This document shows positions 52,155-64,000 of a stretch of 64,000 nt of DNA, piece after piece. The stretch is taken from contig OX597817.1 of the NCBI GenBank assembly GCA_951406725.2, positions 159,526,001 to 159,590,000 on the forward strand, written 5' to 3'. A model generated the notes under the pieces. It was given only the letters and a program-made list of their open reading frames with translations, ran no database searches and had not been told where the DNA came from. The stretch comes from Octopus vulgaris (Eukaryota). The first letter of the stretch is position 1. Every line of letters begins with the position of its first letter. The position numbers and the translations under genes are program-made.

Positions 52155-52419
52155 CTAAAAGAAAGTAATGAAAAGGGGAAATATCATACATTATTGCTAG
52201 GAACATACTACAAGCAAATCCCAAGATCTATAGTCTTTGGCAATGTAACAGCATTAAAATAATAAACTAGTAATTTATGCCATAGGATTCTGATAAATCA
52301 AACAAACCATTTCTGTAAAAGAAACAAGAGATATTGTATTCATGTAAATTTCATTCCTGGGAGAATATAACTTTTTTCTAGTGCATAATAAATACCAAAC
52401 ATAAAAATGCAAATCTTAC

Positions 52420-52470
52420 CAAGTTTCTCATGTCGATGAAGTTTATTTATTGATTTATAAGTAATCAGAA
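52420..52470 (-). other. Candidate small exon (51 nt)
   Basis: Minus strand: catttctttag| ... CTTG|gtaaga; open frame LITYKSINKLHRHEKL. Confidence 0.3.
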
Positions 52471-52628
52471 CTAAAGAAATGGATTTCAAAGCACCATGTA
52501 TCTATTAGATGTGTGTGTAAGCCTAACTTGCTGAATTAAATAAGTGACTGAGCTTTTTTCATCTTTCTATAGTTAAATTTGACAATCTTAACAATAGTTG
52601 GTTTATTCATTACACACACACACATACA

Positions 52629-52973
52629 CATCATCATCATCGTTTAACGTCTGTTTTCCGCGCTAGCATGGGTTGGACGGTTCAACCGGGGTCTGGGAAG
52701 CCAGGGGCTGCTCCAGGCTCCAGTCTGATCTGGCAGAGTTTCTACGGCTGGATGCCCTTCCTAACGCCAACCACTCCGCGAGTGTAGTGGGTGCTTTTTA
52801 CGTGCCACCTGCACAGGTGCCAGGGGGGGTCCGGCATTGGCCACAATCGGTTGGAGCTTTTAACGTGCCAGCGGCACAGAAGCCAGCCAAGGCGGCGCTG
52901 GCAACGTTTAGATGGTGCTTTTTATGTGCCACCGGCACAGAAGTCAGTCGGGGTGGCGCTGGCATCGGCCACG
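52629..52973 (-). mobile_element. Retroposon family C, young and CpG-rich, with three ~60-bp subrepeats
   Basis: catcatcatcatcgtttaacgtc...ggatgcccttcctaacgccaacc; gg(t/a)gctttt..gtgcca at ~52790, 52853 and 52914. Confidence 0.88.
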
Positions 52974-54689
52974 AATTGATAAAAGAAATCTAGGAAGTAT
53001 ACTGGCACTTGGTAATCTGCAACTCCAAGAGTATCCAAAGTTGAGGAGAACAACAGAAACAAACAAATGGATTATACAGAATCCCTACAATTGTTTCATT
53101 AAGAGGTTTTATTGTATTATAACATATATATGCAAGAAGTACATCAATATTTGCTTTTAAGCAACGGTGTAGCCTGAAGATTTGAGAGACTTTCTGTTGT
53201 GCTATGTAATATCTTATTGATGTAGCATTTCATACACACCTGCCTGTATGTTGTTACAATGCAAGAAAATCTCTTAATGAAATGACTGCAGTGATACCAG
53301 ATAATCCATCCATTTGTTTTCTATTGTTACATAAATATATTATAAAAATTGCAGTGTAATAGTATATATATATATATTATGAAAATTTCAAATTTTATAC
53401 ATACATACATACATACATACATGTATGTGTGTATGGCCAGTAATATGTTCACAGAAAAATGAGTTCCACTCCTACCTCACCAAATAATAATCAGATTTAC
53501 TAGAATTCATAATGCAGTAGGATATATTGTAGTTTGAGGCTAAAATATACGAAGATCTTTTAGTTTTCATGTATTCAGGTATGTACTTTATCAATATCCT
53601 TTAATTCTCACACTGTTGTATCTATCAGTCTCCTTTGGGGCATTTAAAACAGCTTTTTAATTTTACATTAGGGACAACATATCAATATGACAACTCAACA
53701 TATGTTTACTAATAACTGAATTTTATATGATAAGAAATATGTAAATTTTGAAATTGCCAATCAGAAAATAGAAATTCAAAAAACTTATATGTATTTAATA
53801 TATACAAATATATACAAGCCTAATCAACTTAAAAAAAAAAACAGAAAGAAGTGAAGAAATTTTGAAACTGGTAATAATGAAAATCTGAAGAATCTCAGAA
53901 GATTTAGCATGTGACTGAGATAGTACACATAAAATTCATAGCATCATAAAAATTTGTGTTAATGATTTCTTATAAAAGAAGACCTGGAATTTGGGTTAGG
54001 AGATTAATTCAACTCCAGTATTCGACAGGAAATTTATCGACCTCAAAGACAAAGTTGACCTTGGAGGATTTGAATTCAGAACATAGAATTAGAAGAAATA
54101 CAAGAAGGTATTTTCAATCAACAATGACGATGATGATTATGACAAAAGTATTCTATGCATGACTGATTAACTCTTAAGCTAAAAAGAGGAACTAAAAATG
54201 TAATTTAAAATATGATTGTTAATAGCAAATGCAGAATGTGCAGAATACCAAATAGGTATTAAGCCATATAGTGGCTGGTTGACCTGTGTTGACACCAATG
54301 GAATATCAGTGTACAAACAACCGAGTAGTAAGCTACTTACACTAAGCTATTTGAAAGAACATATAATAAACAAAGTGATTAGAAATTGATTTGAGCCTGT
54401 CCCATAGATAGCCACATGACAACAAAGTAGGTCGCTATTGCATACACAGAGAACCATAGCAGAAAATTTACCAAATATAGGGATCCGAGATTAAAAGGCA
54501 AAGATTGCCATCATATTGATGGCAGAAATCCAGAATTCTAAAAGGAAAAGAAAAGAAAGAAAACAAGAATATTAGCAAATATGACCTGCTGCTCAAGACC
54601 TAATATGGAACATCACCAACATATTTCGCCTATTTTTCCATACTTGGGTGGTTTTGATGTAAATAATGACAAAAAGATGTTATCTCTTT

Positions 54690-56000
54690 TGTGAGGTTCT
54701 TCCTTTTCCAGATTCCATTTGTATGGAACTTTTCGTACTCTTTCAAAATATTGTCCTTTATATACATTACATGTCTATACTAATGCAGTCTTCTTTCTTG
54801 CAGATAACAGTTGATTCCTCTATATTTTATTCTCCTTTCAGGTTACTTGTTTCTCAATATTCACATACACTAACATTACACATTTAACTGAGCCTGCTTG
54901 TCCTATTTCTTAATAGTTTTTGCATGTCTTCAACATCCAGTGTATATGTTTTGCTATAATACAATTATAGTGCTTTGTAAATAAGCTTCATACAATCTGC
55001 CCCTCACTCAGAGAGAATATTCCTTTGTTGCCAGCAGTAAAATAGTTCCCTGAACTTTTCTCACCTGGTTCTTAAAGCAATCACATTCAATGCTGATTAA
55101 GTCATCTAATCAACTACTCCTTAGAGGACATTTCAGGTATTTGATAGAATTTATTCTTTGGGTACTCTTAATGCTGACTACTGTGAATCTGCTGCATATA
55201 AAAATCTTTCTCAGTCTGGTTGTGATCCCACTGCAACTCTTGTGCACCAATAATTTACACTGGATACAGTACAGGCTTTCTACCCACATCTTTTCTGTAT
55301 ATTGAGCTTGGCCACTTTCCACATGGCAGAGGAGTTCTTCATTCTTCCTTGCAAACTAGGACATTTGTCATGTTAGGTTTACTACAAGACCTCTGAAGTC
55401 TAGGTGTTGCTTTCATGTTTGGAACTTTTCTTCTAATTCTTTGAGTCAGCTTTGCGATATAGGTCATCAGCATACAGGAGTTTCAATGGACAACTAATCT
55501 TGAATTGGCAGAGGACTATAATAAACAAGAATATAAGGACTGAACATTGATGGACACTAACCTTCATGTTAAACCCCTTACTCAACTTGTTGCTAACTCT
55601 CACATGCCATTCATCCCCACCCAGCTTTTTTAGTGACCAAAGTCTAAAAAATGTGGAATCCAGTAAGAGACCATCTCCAAGTCAGTGAATCATAGATATA
55701 ATAGTTGGCTCTTATCTAAGAACTTCTCCAGTAATTGTCACACTAGGAAGAGAAAATCAGTGGTACTCTTATGGCACACTCAAAGTGTGTCATTGTTAAT
55801 TAAGCGTTACGTTCACTGCTTGGTTCCTTAATTCAATATCTCTGTAGTTGCATATTTCTAGATCACATTCTTTAAACTGAATGAATGCCTATCTCAATAG
55901 TTGGGTCTACTTGGAGTAGCTTGTCTCTCTCCTATGTATTATTTTCATTCAGCAACCTCTTGAAGAAACCTTCACTTGTTTCTCCCTCTTCTCAACAGCC
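54690..56000 (-). pseudogene. Decayed RTE-clade LINE RT
   Basis: Minus strand SCPLKLLYADDL (~55465-55495), LLATKEYSL..GRLY (~54990-55040), FTDLE (~55675-55700). Confidence 0.8.
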
Positions 56001-56050
56001 CTAAGGGTAAGTGCATTACTATCATTCAGTACACCCTTTTCTCCTAAAAT

Positions 56051-56275
56051 GTGCTGAACCACTTTGGTATGCTGTTTTGCAATCCAAAACACCTCATGCT
56101 TCCTATCTTCTTGTTGCGGAATACTGGTACTGAAACAAAAATAGTACTTTTTTTTTTTTTATTCGAAAAAGAATTCAACAGACACCTTGAGCAGTTCCCA
56201 GGCAAACTGTGCCAAACAGTGCAAAAGATCACACTCTTGGGAACTGATAATATTCTGAGAAACTTTGTGAAGTAA
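56051..56275 (+). pseudogene. Possible CR1-like LINE 3' end
   Basis: LP..LRN...FEKEFNRHLEQFPGK (cf. LP..LR....FK..LD..L..IPD.P). Confidence 0.35.
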
Positions 56276-58871
56276 AGCTCTCGTTGAGACCCAGTTTAGA
56301 TAGAAGCTTGCTGTGGAATGTAAACAACAACAACAATACTAATTATATATTAGATATTACTCTGTCTCTCTCCTCTGAGTGTCTTTTTCCCCCTTTAAAT
56401 TTTCGATATTTAGTGCTTCATACTAAATTATTACTTAACAGTATCAAGATATTTTAAAGCTCAATAAAAAATTATTGTCTTCCTTAATAAGAGAACTCGA
56501 AGAATGAAGTTAATAAATAATTCCATCTTGTGATATTTAACAGCTTTACACAAATTAACAGACAGAATGAACTCTGACTTTGATAACAACCCAAGATGAA
56601 TATCTACAGAGACACTGTATTCCTTCTCAAAAGGTTAACAGCAAGAATTGAATGAGAGTATATATTTTTTCTTGTCTTATTAATTAGATACACTGGCAAT
56701 AAATCAAATTACTGATAATAATTGCAAAAATTCTGTATCTTCATTACCAACATAAATAATTCTAAATCGCTTTCCCAACGTTAATGTAGTTTGGTCTAAT
56801 CTATTGAAAGACTTTGTGTTATTAAGATTTTCGGAATGAAAATTATTTTAAAAAATGAAATGTAAAAAGTATATTCATAAGCATAATGAAATTTTAATAA
56901 TGCAAAATAACCTACATTTTCTGGTTAATCCAGATTTAAGTATCATAGGTTTAAAAATAACCCCCAAAAGCTTGCTTTAAACTATTTTACTTTCAAACAA
57001 GATAACAAATTAGAATGGTTGAATGAACTCAAAACATAATAAATTTCATTAAAACTTTTATAAATTTCTGCCATTCAATTCCAAATGCCTAACAGGTAGA
57101 AATATGTAGAATGAAACCAGTTAGAATTTACCATATCCAAGCATAAAGCAATCTAAAAATGTCCATATTTATAACAAAGCAACGTTAATAATATGTGTGT
57201 TGCACTTTAATGATTATTCAAGAGAAATTCAATTAATTTGTCATGAGATATTTTAGCAATAGTTTTCTTCAATTATACTTTATAATTAAAATGGTCGTTG
57301 AGTAGTACAGAAGAAATAAATAAAATTTTTGGCAATAAGTTCAGTACAGTAGATACACCAGCCATTTGTGGTGATACCTTGTTCAATTGTTTTGCCTTCC
57401 ACAATCAAGCTTTTGTATTGTTACCAGTTAGATACAATTGCCATGATACTTAAATGAAGTGTAAAATTGTTTCTATTCTTCTCCTTCACAATCTGTTATG
57501 CACCAACTGGAATAAATTACAGGCTCATTTCCCCCATCTTATTTTATTATTTTTAGTTTAAACAAGCACTAACCCATTCAAATGCCTTCATAAATCTGCT
57601 CTCTCATCTTATTGCATACTAAGACATTTTACATCTCATCTAATGTGGGACCATTTATATAAATTTAGACATTTACCCTCTATTTTTACAGATGGGTGTA
57701 CTTCCTACTGCAAATTACTCAACCATGAAGTGGGATCAGAACCTATTTTTCAATTTAGCAAACATGATGGCCATGGTAAACTCATAGCCATGTAGTTCAG
57801 TATCTGAAACTTACAGACTATTTATCAAAATAACCTACATAATTCTTAGGAAAAAATAAAATCTTTTGAGTCGCAAAATCTTTTGATTAAGCGATTCTAA
57901 GTTTTTGTTTAACCTGAAGCAGTTTTATAAGAGTTTATTTAATGTCTTATTTACGAAGGTTATGGATTTACTTTCACTATGGCATCAGAAACACAGATTT
58001 CAGTTTGCTTTGTCAGTGCAGACTTAACATTTTTATTCAAAGCAAAGCTGCTGCCTCCAACTATACAAAAGCATCTGCAATGCAAGTCAGTGATGTAGAG
58101 ACAAGCCCGACTATCAGTTGTTACACTTCAGAAAAGCTTTGTAGTTGAAACTTGAAATCTAGCAAATATTACTGTTTTACATTGAAACTAGATCTTAGAT
58201 TTGACAGGGGGAAAGGAGATTGCTGAGTATTAATGCAGTGTAAGAGAACTAGCTACAATTGGGAATTAAAATAGTAAATATTACTAATAGGAAGAGACAA
58301 AGACGAAAAATATTTTCATAGTTATTATGACAAAACTATGATTAATTTAACACTTTAAAGCTGACCTAAAGTGAACACTAAGACAATAGAACACTAGGAC
58401 AATATTTCCAGAAATGAATAAAGATTACAAGCCATCCTGATGAAACACACTAAACTTCACAAAACAATCTTTGCCATAAACCTGTTTATTTATATGTTCT
58501 GTAATTCATAAGTGACATAATTATACACAATGAATAATTCATCGCATCAGGAACACATTTGCTAGAAATTATTCACCTTAAATAATGTAAGAATGGAGAT
58601 ATGGAAACATGTGCAATGATCATTTATTCAGAAGAAAACCTATTCTTACAGAAATTTCCCAAGAGACCGGTGTAATGAATTTCTTTTTTTTTTTTAATAT
58701 ATAATCATAACATCAAGAAAATTAAAATACCACCATCCAACTCATTTGTGAAATTTGCTAATATCAGGATAATTAACGAAATTTTGAGATTTATCTTCAA
58801 GGAAATGGTTTATGAGTTTTCTTCACTAACAAGTTCTACTGAACAGCTTTTCTCTGTCCTAATTCCAATCT

Positions 58872-59240
58872 CTCTTACTTGTTTCAGTCATGTGACTGTG
58901 GCCATGCTGGAGCACTGCCTTTAGTTGAGCAAATCGACCCCAGGACTTATTCTTTGTAAGTCTAGTACTTATTCTATTGGTCTCTTTTGCCAAACTGCTA
59001 AGTTACAGGGACGTAAACATACCAGCATCAGTTGTCAAGCGATGTTGGGGGGACAAATACAGACACAAACATATACATATATATATGCAACGGGCTTCTT
59101 TCAGTTTCCATCTACCAAATCCACTCACAAGACTTTGGTCAGCCTGAGGCTATAGTAGAAGACACTTGCCCAAGGTGCCACACAGTGGGACCAAACCCAA
59201 TGTGGTTCGCAAGCAACCTACTTACCATACAGCCACTCCT
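58872..59240 (-). mobile_element. SINE family A
   Basis: Reverse complement of the family consensus seen elsewhere in the window. Confidence 0.9.
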
Positions 59241-59299
59241 AATCCTATCACACAAGGCTTCAAAACTCAGCTAATGTTTACTACCAGCTCACACCATTG

Positions 59300-60050
59300 A
59301 ATCCTATCACTTGTCCATCTTATAACATCCCAAAAGTTTCTAATATCTAATATACACTTGTATTTTCTGAAAGACCACATTATTCAATGTATCTTTCCCT
59401 TTTTAAGATAAAAAGGTATGTGTGGGGGATTAGGCTACTATTTCTAGCAAGCTGGGTAATTCTATCTATATCTGAGTAGATATTTCTCACCCTGAAGCTA
59501 AACAACTGCCAAATGGTTATCTTCCCTTGCCATATTTTCCTACTGTTTACATCATATACATTACTCTTCTGATAAAGAAAAGAAAATGCCAGTAAAAAAA
59601 ACAAAATATCCTTAAATGTTTGTCTTCTATTTTGCCTGTTAGGCACACAATCATAGGCACTACCTATGAACAACAAATAAGTTACCTAGGTAACTGAATC
59701 TATTTCTTATATCCAATGAACCATCACTATAGTCAATAGTATTTAATTTCAAGCTGGTTGCATGAAAATATTAGTTTATTGTCCTTCTAGTCAAAATCCG
59801 AGTACACCTGTTCTGTACCTATTGATTTTATTGTCTTTGTAATATAGAATTCTTGCCTAGCACTCTTTTGGTATATTGCTGACAATTCTCAACTAATAAC
59901 ATAATAACATCAACTTTTTTGGTTATGTTCCTTCCTATCAGTTGTTTTGATTCAAGAATTATTTCCATTTTTCTGCAGTTTTTGAATTGAATCTAAATAA
60001 GAATTATGCCATCCCTACACAGTTCCATTGATATCCAGGGAAGAAATTGA
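59300..60050 (-). pseudogene. Decayed LINE (RTE-like) AP-endonuclease
   Basis: ORF 59380-59676: SAY..P..KD.LF..DVNS.KI..FS.RVRN...RI.QLARNSSL..HT.LF..KRERY (cf. SAYAPT..K..FY..GDFN.K.G..RN.NG.RL..N.L..NTFF.K). Confidence 0.5.
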
Positions 60051-60354
60051 ATGTAGAGGCTTCAGGAAAAGACAAAAAGATATTATAAAAGCTAATTTGA
60101 TGTTTAATCTTCTGTATGCATTAACTTTATAGAAACAGATATATTAATTCTGTCCCTCTGCACAAATTAAATTGGAAACAATGTCTGATGTAGTATGTGT
60201 GCTAAATCATTGCCACCATCATTATTGCTTAAATATCTTTTCATCTCTGCTGAAATAGGTTGGATAAGTGTGCAATACAACATCTTTCTTGTGTTTCCAC
60301 TTTTGTCAGAGCCATGTTTTCAGATCTGATGTAATTACTTCATACCAATATTTC

Positions 60355-60685
60355 TTGTGGTTAAGAAGCTTGGGGTTTTGGGCTCTGTCTCAGCATATGA
60401 CGCCTTGGGCAAGTGTCTGCCACTATAGTCCTGGACTGTCTAATACCTAGAGAGTGAGTTTGGTAGAGGGAAACTTTGTGTGCGTTTGGTTGTGAAACCG
60501 TGGAGGATACACACAAACACACACATAATGCAAGCTTGTTTAGTCCCACAACTTAGCAGTTCAACAAAAGAGACCAACAAAATAAGTACCAGACTTGACT
60601 GGGAGCATTTTGTTTCACTGAACCCTTCAAGGTGGTGCCCCAGCATGGTTACAGTCCCATGACTGAAACAAGTAAAACGACAAAA
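60355..60685 (+). mobile_element. SINE family A, old
   Basis: gtggttaagaagctt...ccttgggcaagtgtc...tgactgaaacaagtaaaa. Confidence 0.75.
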
Positions 60686-60886
60686 GATTTTACCATGGTT
60701 ACACATGGTTACTTTCCACAAAGATCACTGGACTTTCTTCAAGTCCATTCTAGCAGAGTTCTCATTCTAGCATGCATCAAATTATCTCTTTGATACTTGC
60801 CTAACTTCTCAACTTACTTGTCCTCAATGTTTCTGGTGAGCTCACACTGTACACATAATGAGTAACACTGAGCTGTTCTTCAACAA

Positions 60887-61106
60887 TTAACCCTTTAGTA
60901 TTCAGATTACCTCATCAAATGTAATGCTCATTTATTCATGTTTTCAATTAATGATGCATTATCTTGTAGCTTTCAGATTTTGATGATGTGATTGTTTTAG
61001 AATGACATTGTAGGGTAGGTGTGAGAGACCAGATTTGCCGTGTTTGAACATAAAGCATGTAGAATATTTGAGCCTGATAAGGCCAGTTTAAATGCTTAAG
61101 GGTTAA
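60887..61106. mobile_element. piggyBac-type MITE family 2 whose right end is tandemly duplicated (36 bp x2, 61081-61152)
   Basis: TTAACCCTTTAG ... TAAGGGTTAA; ggccagtttaaatgct(t/a)aagggttaaatcaaatcct twice. Confidence 0.85.
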
Positions 61107-61285
61107 ATCAAATCCTGGCCAGTTTAAATGCTAAAGGGTTAAATCAAATCCTTTCACTAACCAGGTTTTACCAACAAACAGCAACCCATGCCTCCTGTAC
61201 TACTTTTGTAATGGAAGACAAGTAATTGTGCTAACAGATAGAACAACTTTTTAAAAACCTTTTCCAATTCACTCAACTCCTATAA

Positions 61286-61506
61286 ATTTCTTTACTACCC
61301 ACAAGGGGCTAAACACAGAGGGAACAAACGGATTAAGTCGATTACATCAACCCCAGTGCGTAACTGGTACTTAATTTATCGACCCCAAAAGGATGAAAGG
61401 CAAAGTCGACCTTGGCGGAATTTGAACCCAGAATGTAACGACAGACGAAATACGGCTACGCATTTCGCCCGATGTGCTAACGTTTCTGCCAGCTCGCTGC
61501 CTTTCG
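61286..61506 (-). mobile_element. SINE family B, young
   Basis: Reverse complement of 17168-17393; 16-bp TSD cactcaactcctataa (61270-61285, 61507-61522). Confidence 0.92.
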
Positions 61507-62066
61507 CACTCAACTCCTATAATAATATCCCCTATAAATAGATCTTATATACTACTTCCAGCATGTCATTGTCTCAAAATTCAGCTTATGTGTGCAACTA
61601 ACTATACTTTTATTTGCAAAAATCTATAAATGTCACTATTAAAGCTGTATTCTAATGCTTAATTTTTACTCTTCATCTGCAATTAATGTTGAACCCCTAT
61701 AAAACTTACATGCAACTGACGGAACACTGTTTGCAAATCTGGGCAGTGTTGCTGCTGATATGCACAAACACAGTAAACACTTTAAAAAACAATCTAACAG
61801 ATAAGTAAAGATTCGTTAATCAGCTACAACTACTAGCCTACATTCATACTGCTTCATCTGATTCTTCTATACTATATCTTCTCTGATCTGGCAAGCTGCA
61901 GTACCTCATTCCATCTGCTGTGTCAGCTTTCTTCCTCTTGTCTTAAGAATACGTTTCTCCCTAACAAAATCAAAATAATAAACACTTGGCTCAACCTTTC
62001 CTCTAAAAAGCTATAGCCCCTAAATCTTACCCAACACATATTTCTTCTCACAGATAAACTATAGAA

Positions 62067-62411
62067 CAGTAGTTCCTAACCTTTTCACTACCAAGGACCC
62101 CTTTTATTTAAATGAGTTTTCCCATGGACTCCTTTTAATATGCTTATCCTTATGTATATATATATGCAGGTGGCACGTAAAAAGCACCCACTACACTCAC
62201 GGAGTGGTTGGCGTTAGGAAGGGCATCCAGCTGTAGAAACACTGCCAAATCTGACTGGGCCTGATGAAGCCTTCCGGCTTCACAGACCCCAGTTAAACCG
62301 TCCAACCCATGCTAGCATGGAAAACGGATGCTAAATGATGATGATGAAATTTTGAATTTAGTTCACGGATCCCCAGTACTACCTTTGCAGACTACAGGTT
62401 GGGAACCACTG
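62067..62411. mobile_element. hAT/Charlie (MER5-like) MITE with a nested family C copy (62166-62347, plus strand)
   Basis: CAGTAGTTCCTAACC / GGTTGGGAACCACTG TIRs; 8-bp TSD ctatagaa / ctatagat. Confidence 0.88.
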
Positions 62412-62592
62412 CTATAGATGATCGAGCTTAACATCAATAACATCAGCATCAACAGTCTGGAAAGGGCTGCAACGGATCATGAATACAGTCTTCTCATTGC
62501 CAACTTATTCATAAATATAAGCCTTAAACCAGGTGAAGACTTTATACAAAACTATTGTTAAAATCCAAAGGAATTACCTCATCAGCATTATG

Positions 62593-62625
<33 letters not shown>

Positions 62626-63045
62626 GTGGCAAGCTGGCAGAATCGTTAGCATGCTGAACAAAATGTTTAGCAGCATTTCGTCCGTCTTAACATTCTGAGT
62701 TCAGATTCTACTGAGGTCAATTTTGCCCTCTGTCCTTTAAATAAAATAAGTGCCAGTCAAATGCTAGGGTCAATGTAATTGACTTTTCCCTCCTCTCAAA
62801 AACTGCTAGCCCTGCGCCAAAATTTGAGACCATTATCATTATTATTATTATTTAGATTGACAGAATCATCACAGCATCAGACAAAATGCCTTCTGGTATT
62901 TTTCACAGCTCTTTACATTCTAAGTTCAAATCCCACCAAGGTCAACTTTACTTTCCATCTCTTTGAGGTCGATAAGAAAACTCAATAAAAACCAATCAAT
63001 TATGGATCATCAGTATTGACTAAATCAGAAACCATTATCCTTATT
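62626..63045 (+). mobile_element. Two tandem old family B SINEs between (ATT)n tracts
   Basis: gctggcagaatcgttagc...gagttcagattc; second copy gacagaatc...aagttcaaatccc. Confidence 0.75.
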
Positions 63046-63864
63046 ATTATTATTATTATTGTTGTTATCAGCAATACTGTTTCATTAAAGTCTTGACCTG
63101 TGGATTTGCTTATGCCATATTATTTACATACATTTTGCTTTTTTCCAATCATTTGAAGTTGCAGTTGGGGCATTTTGATAAAAAATCTAAGGTTTTCTGA
63201 CAGAATATGAAGGCATTGAAAGCGAGTGAGATGTGGTAACAATTTCAGTTACTAAATAGTAAAGAACAAACATCCACCACAAATCCTTGTTTCTATGTGG
63301 CTGATGTATGGTTAAGATGAGGTGTTATGAGAGCACAGCAAATCCAATACTGGCACATGGAAACCAGAAACACATATACAACTGTAATATTTTGGTTAGA
63401 TGTTCAAATTTATGATCCTAGCCAACTGGGAAAACAGAAGAGGCGCTATAAACTTCATATCTATAAACTGAATATTTTGACGGAAGGAAACAAGTAAGGT
63501 TCTTTAGTCACTATTATCAAAACAGCGAACATCACATTTAAACAGAAAGCTATCAACGACTGCTTCCAATATCCAAGTAACTCCATAATACTTCCAAGGA
63601 TATATCAGATGACATGAAAGAACTGATTTAGAGATTTTAAGGAAACTCTGCAAAAACTATATTCACACATACAAATATATGTGAAAACAAATATGTAAGT
63701 CAAAGAGCTATGCCAAATAATTTTTTTTTTTGTTAGCACTGATGATTTTCTTGCATAATTACCATACTTCTGACTTGAATATCAATAGACTTTTTTCACT
63801 TTATTTGATATAAATAGAACCCACCACCACTACCATATGTATGTATGTATGTATGTATGCACAC

Positions 63865-63914
<50 letters not shown>

Positions 63915-64000
63915 GTGAAGATTACAAGGCTATGGAATATATAGCTGAACAGTAATATACAGTTTCACTTGAGTGAAAATGAACATGTGGGGAAGTACAT

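Overview
AT-rich, gene-poor eukaryotic DNA whose repeats resemble octopus (coleoid cephalopod) sequence; the species was not verified. No intact protein-coding gene is supported, and nearly all ORFs in the supplied track are microsatellite or SINE translations. The window contains: at least four SINE-like families; decayed LINEs (RTE-clade, CR1-like); decayed Penelope-like (PLE) RT and GIY-YIG remnants; a dead Tc1/mariner (DD37D/maT-like) transposase; piggyBac-, mariner-, Tigger- and hAT-type MITEs; large (TA)n/(CA)n arrays; and a 100-N assembly gap. The main candidate system is a set of short, ORF-less elements in (TA)n microsatellites. Each carries a minimal type I hammerhead ribozyme and a short downstream tail, with an inverted copy of that tail upstream (32.0-32.3 kb and 17.6-18.05 kb; fragments at 23.6, 30.2 and 30.9 kb). 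They resemble PLE pLTRs or retrozymes. Other observations: a ~450-bp fold-back palindrome built from microsatellite, tandem arrays of B-box-truncated SINEs, many dsRNA-forming inverted pairs, a DR1/E-box/Meis motif cluster, and a chain of weak minus-strand exon candidates.
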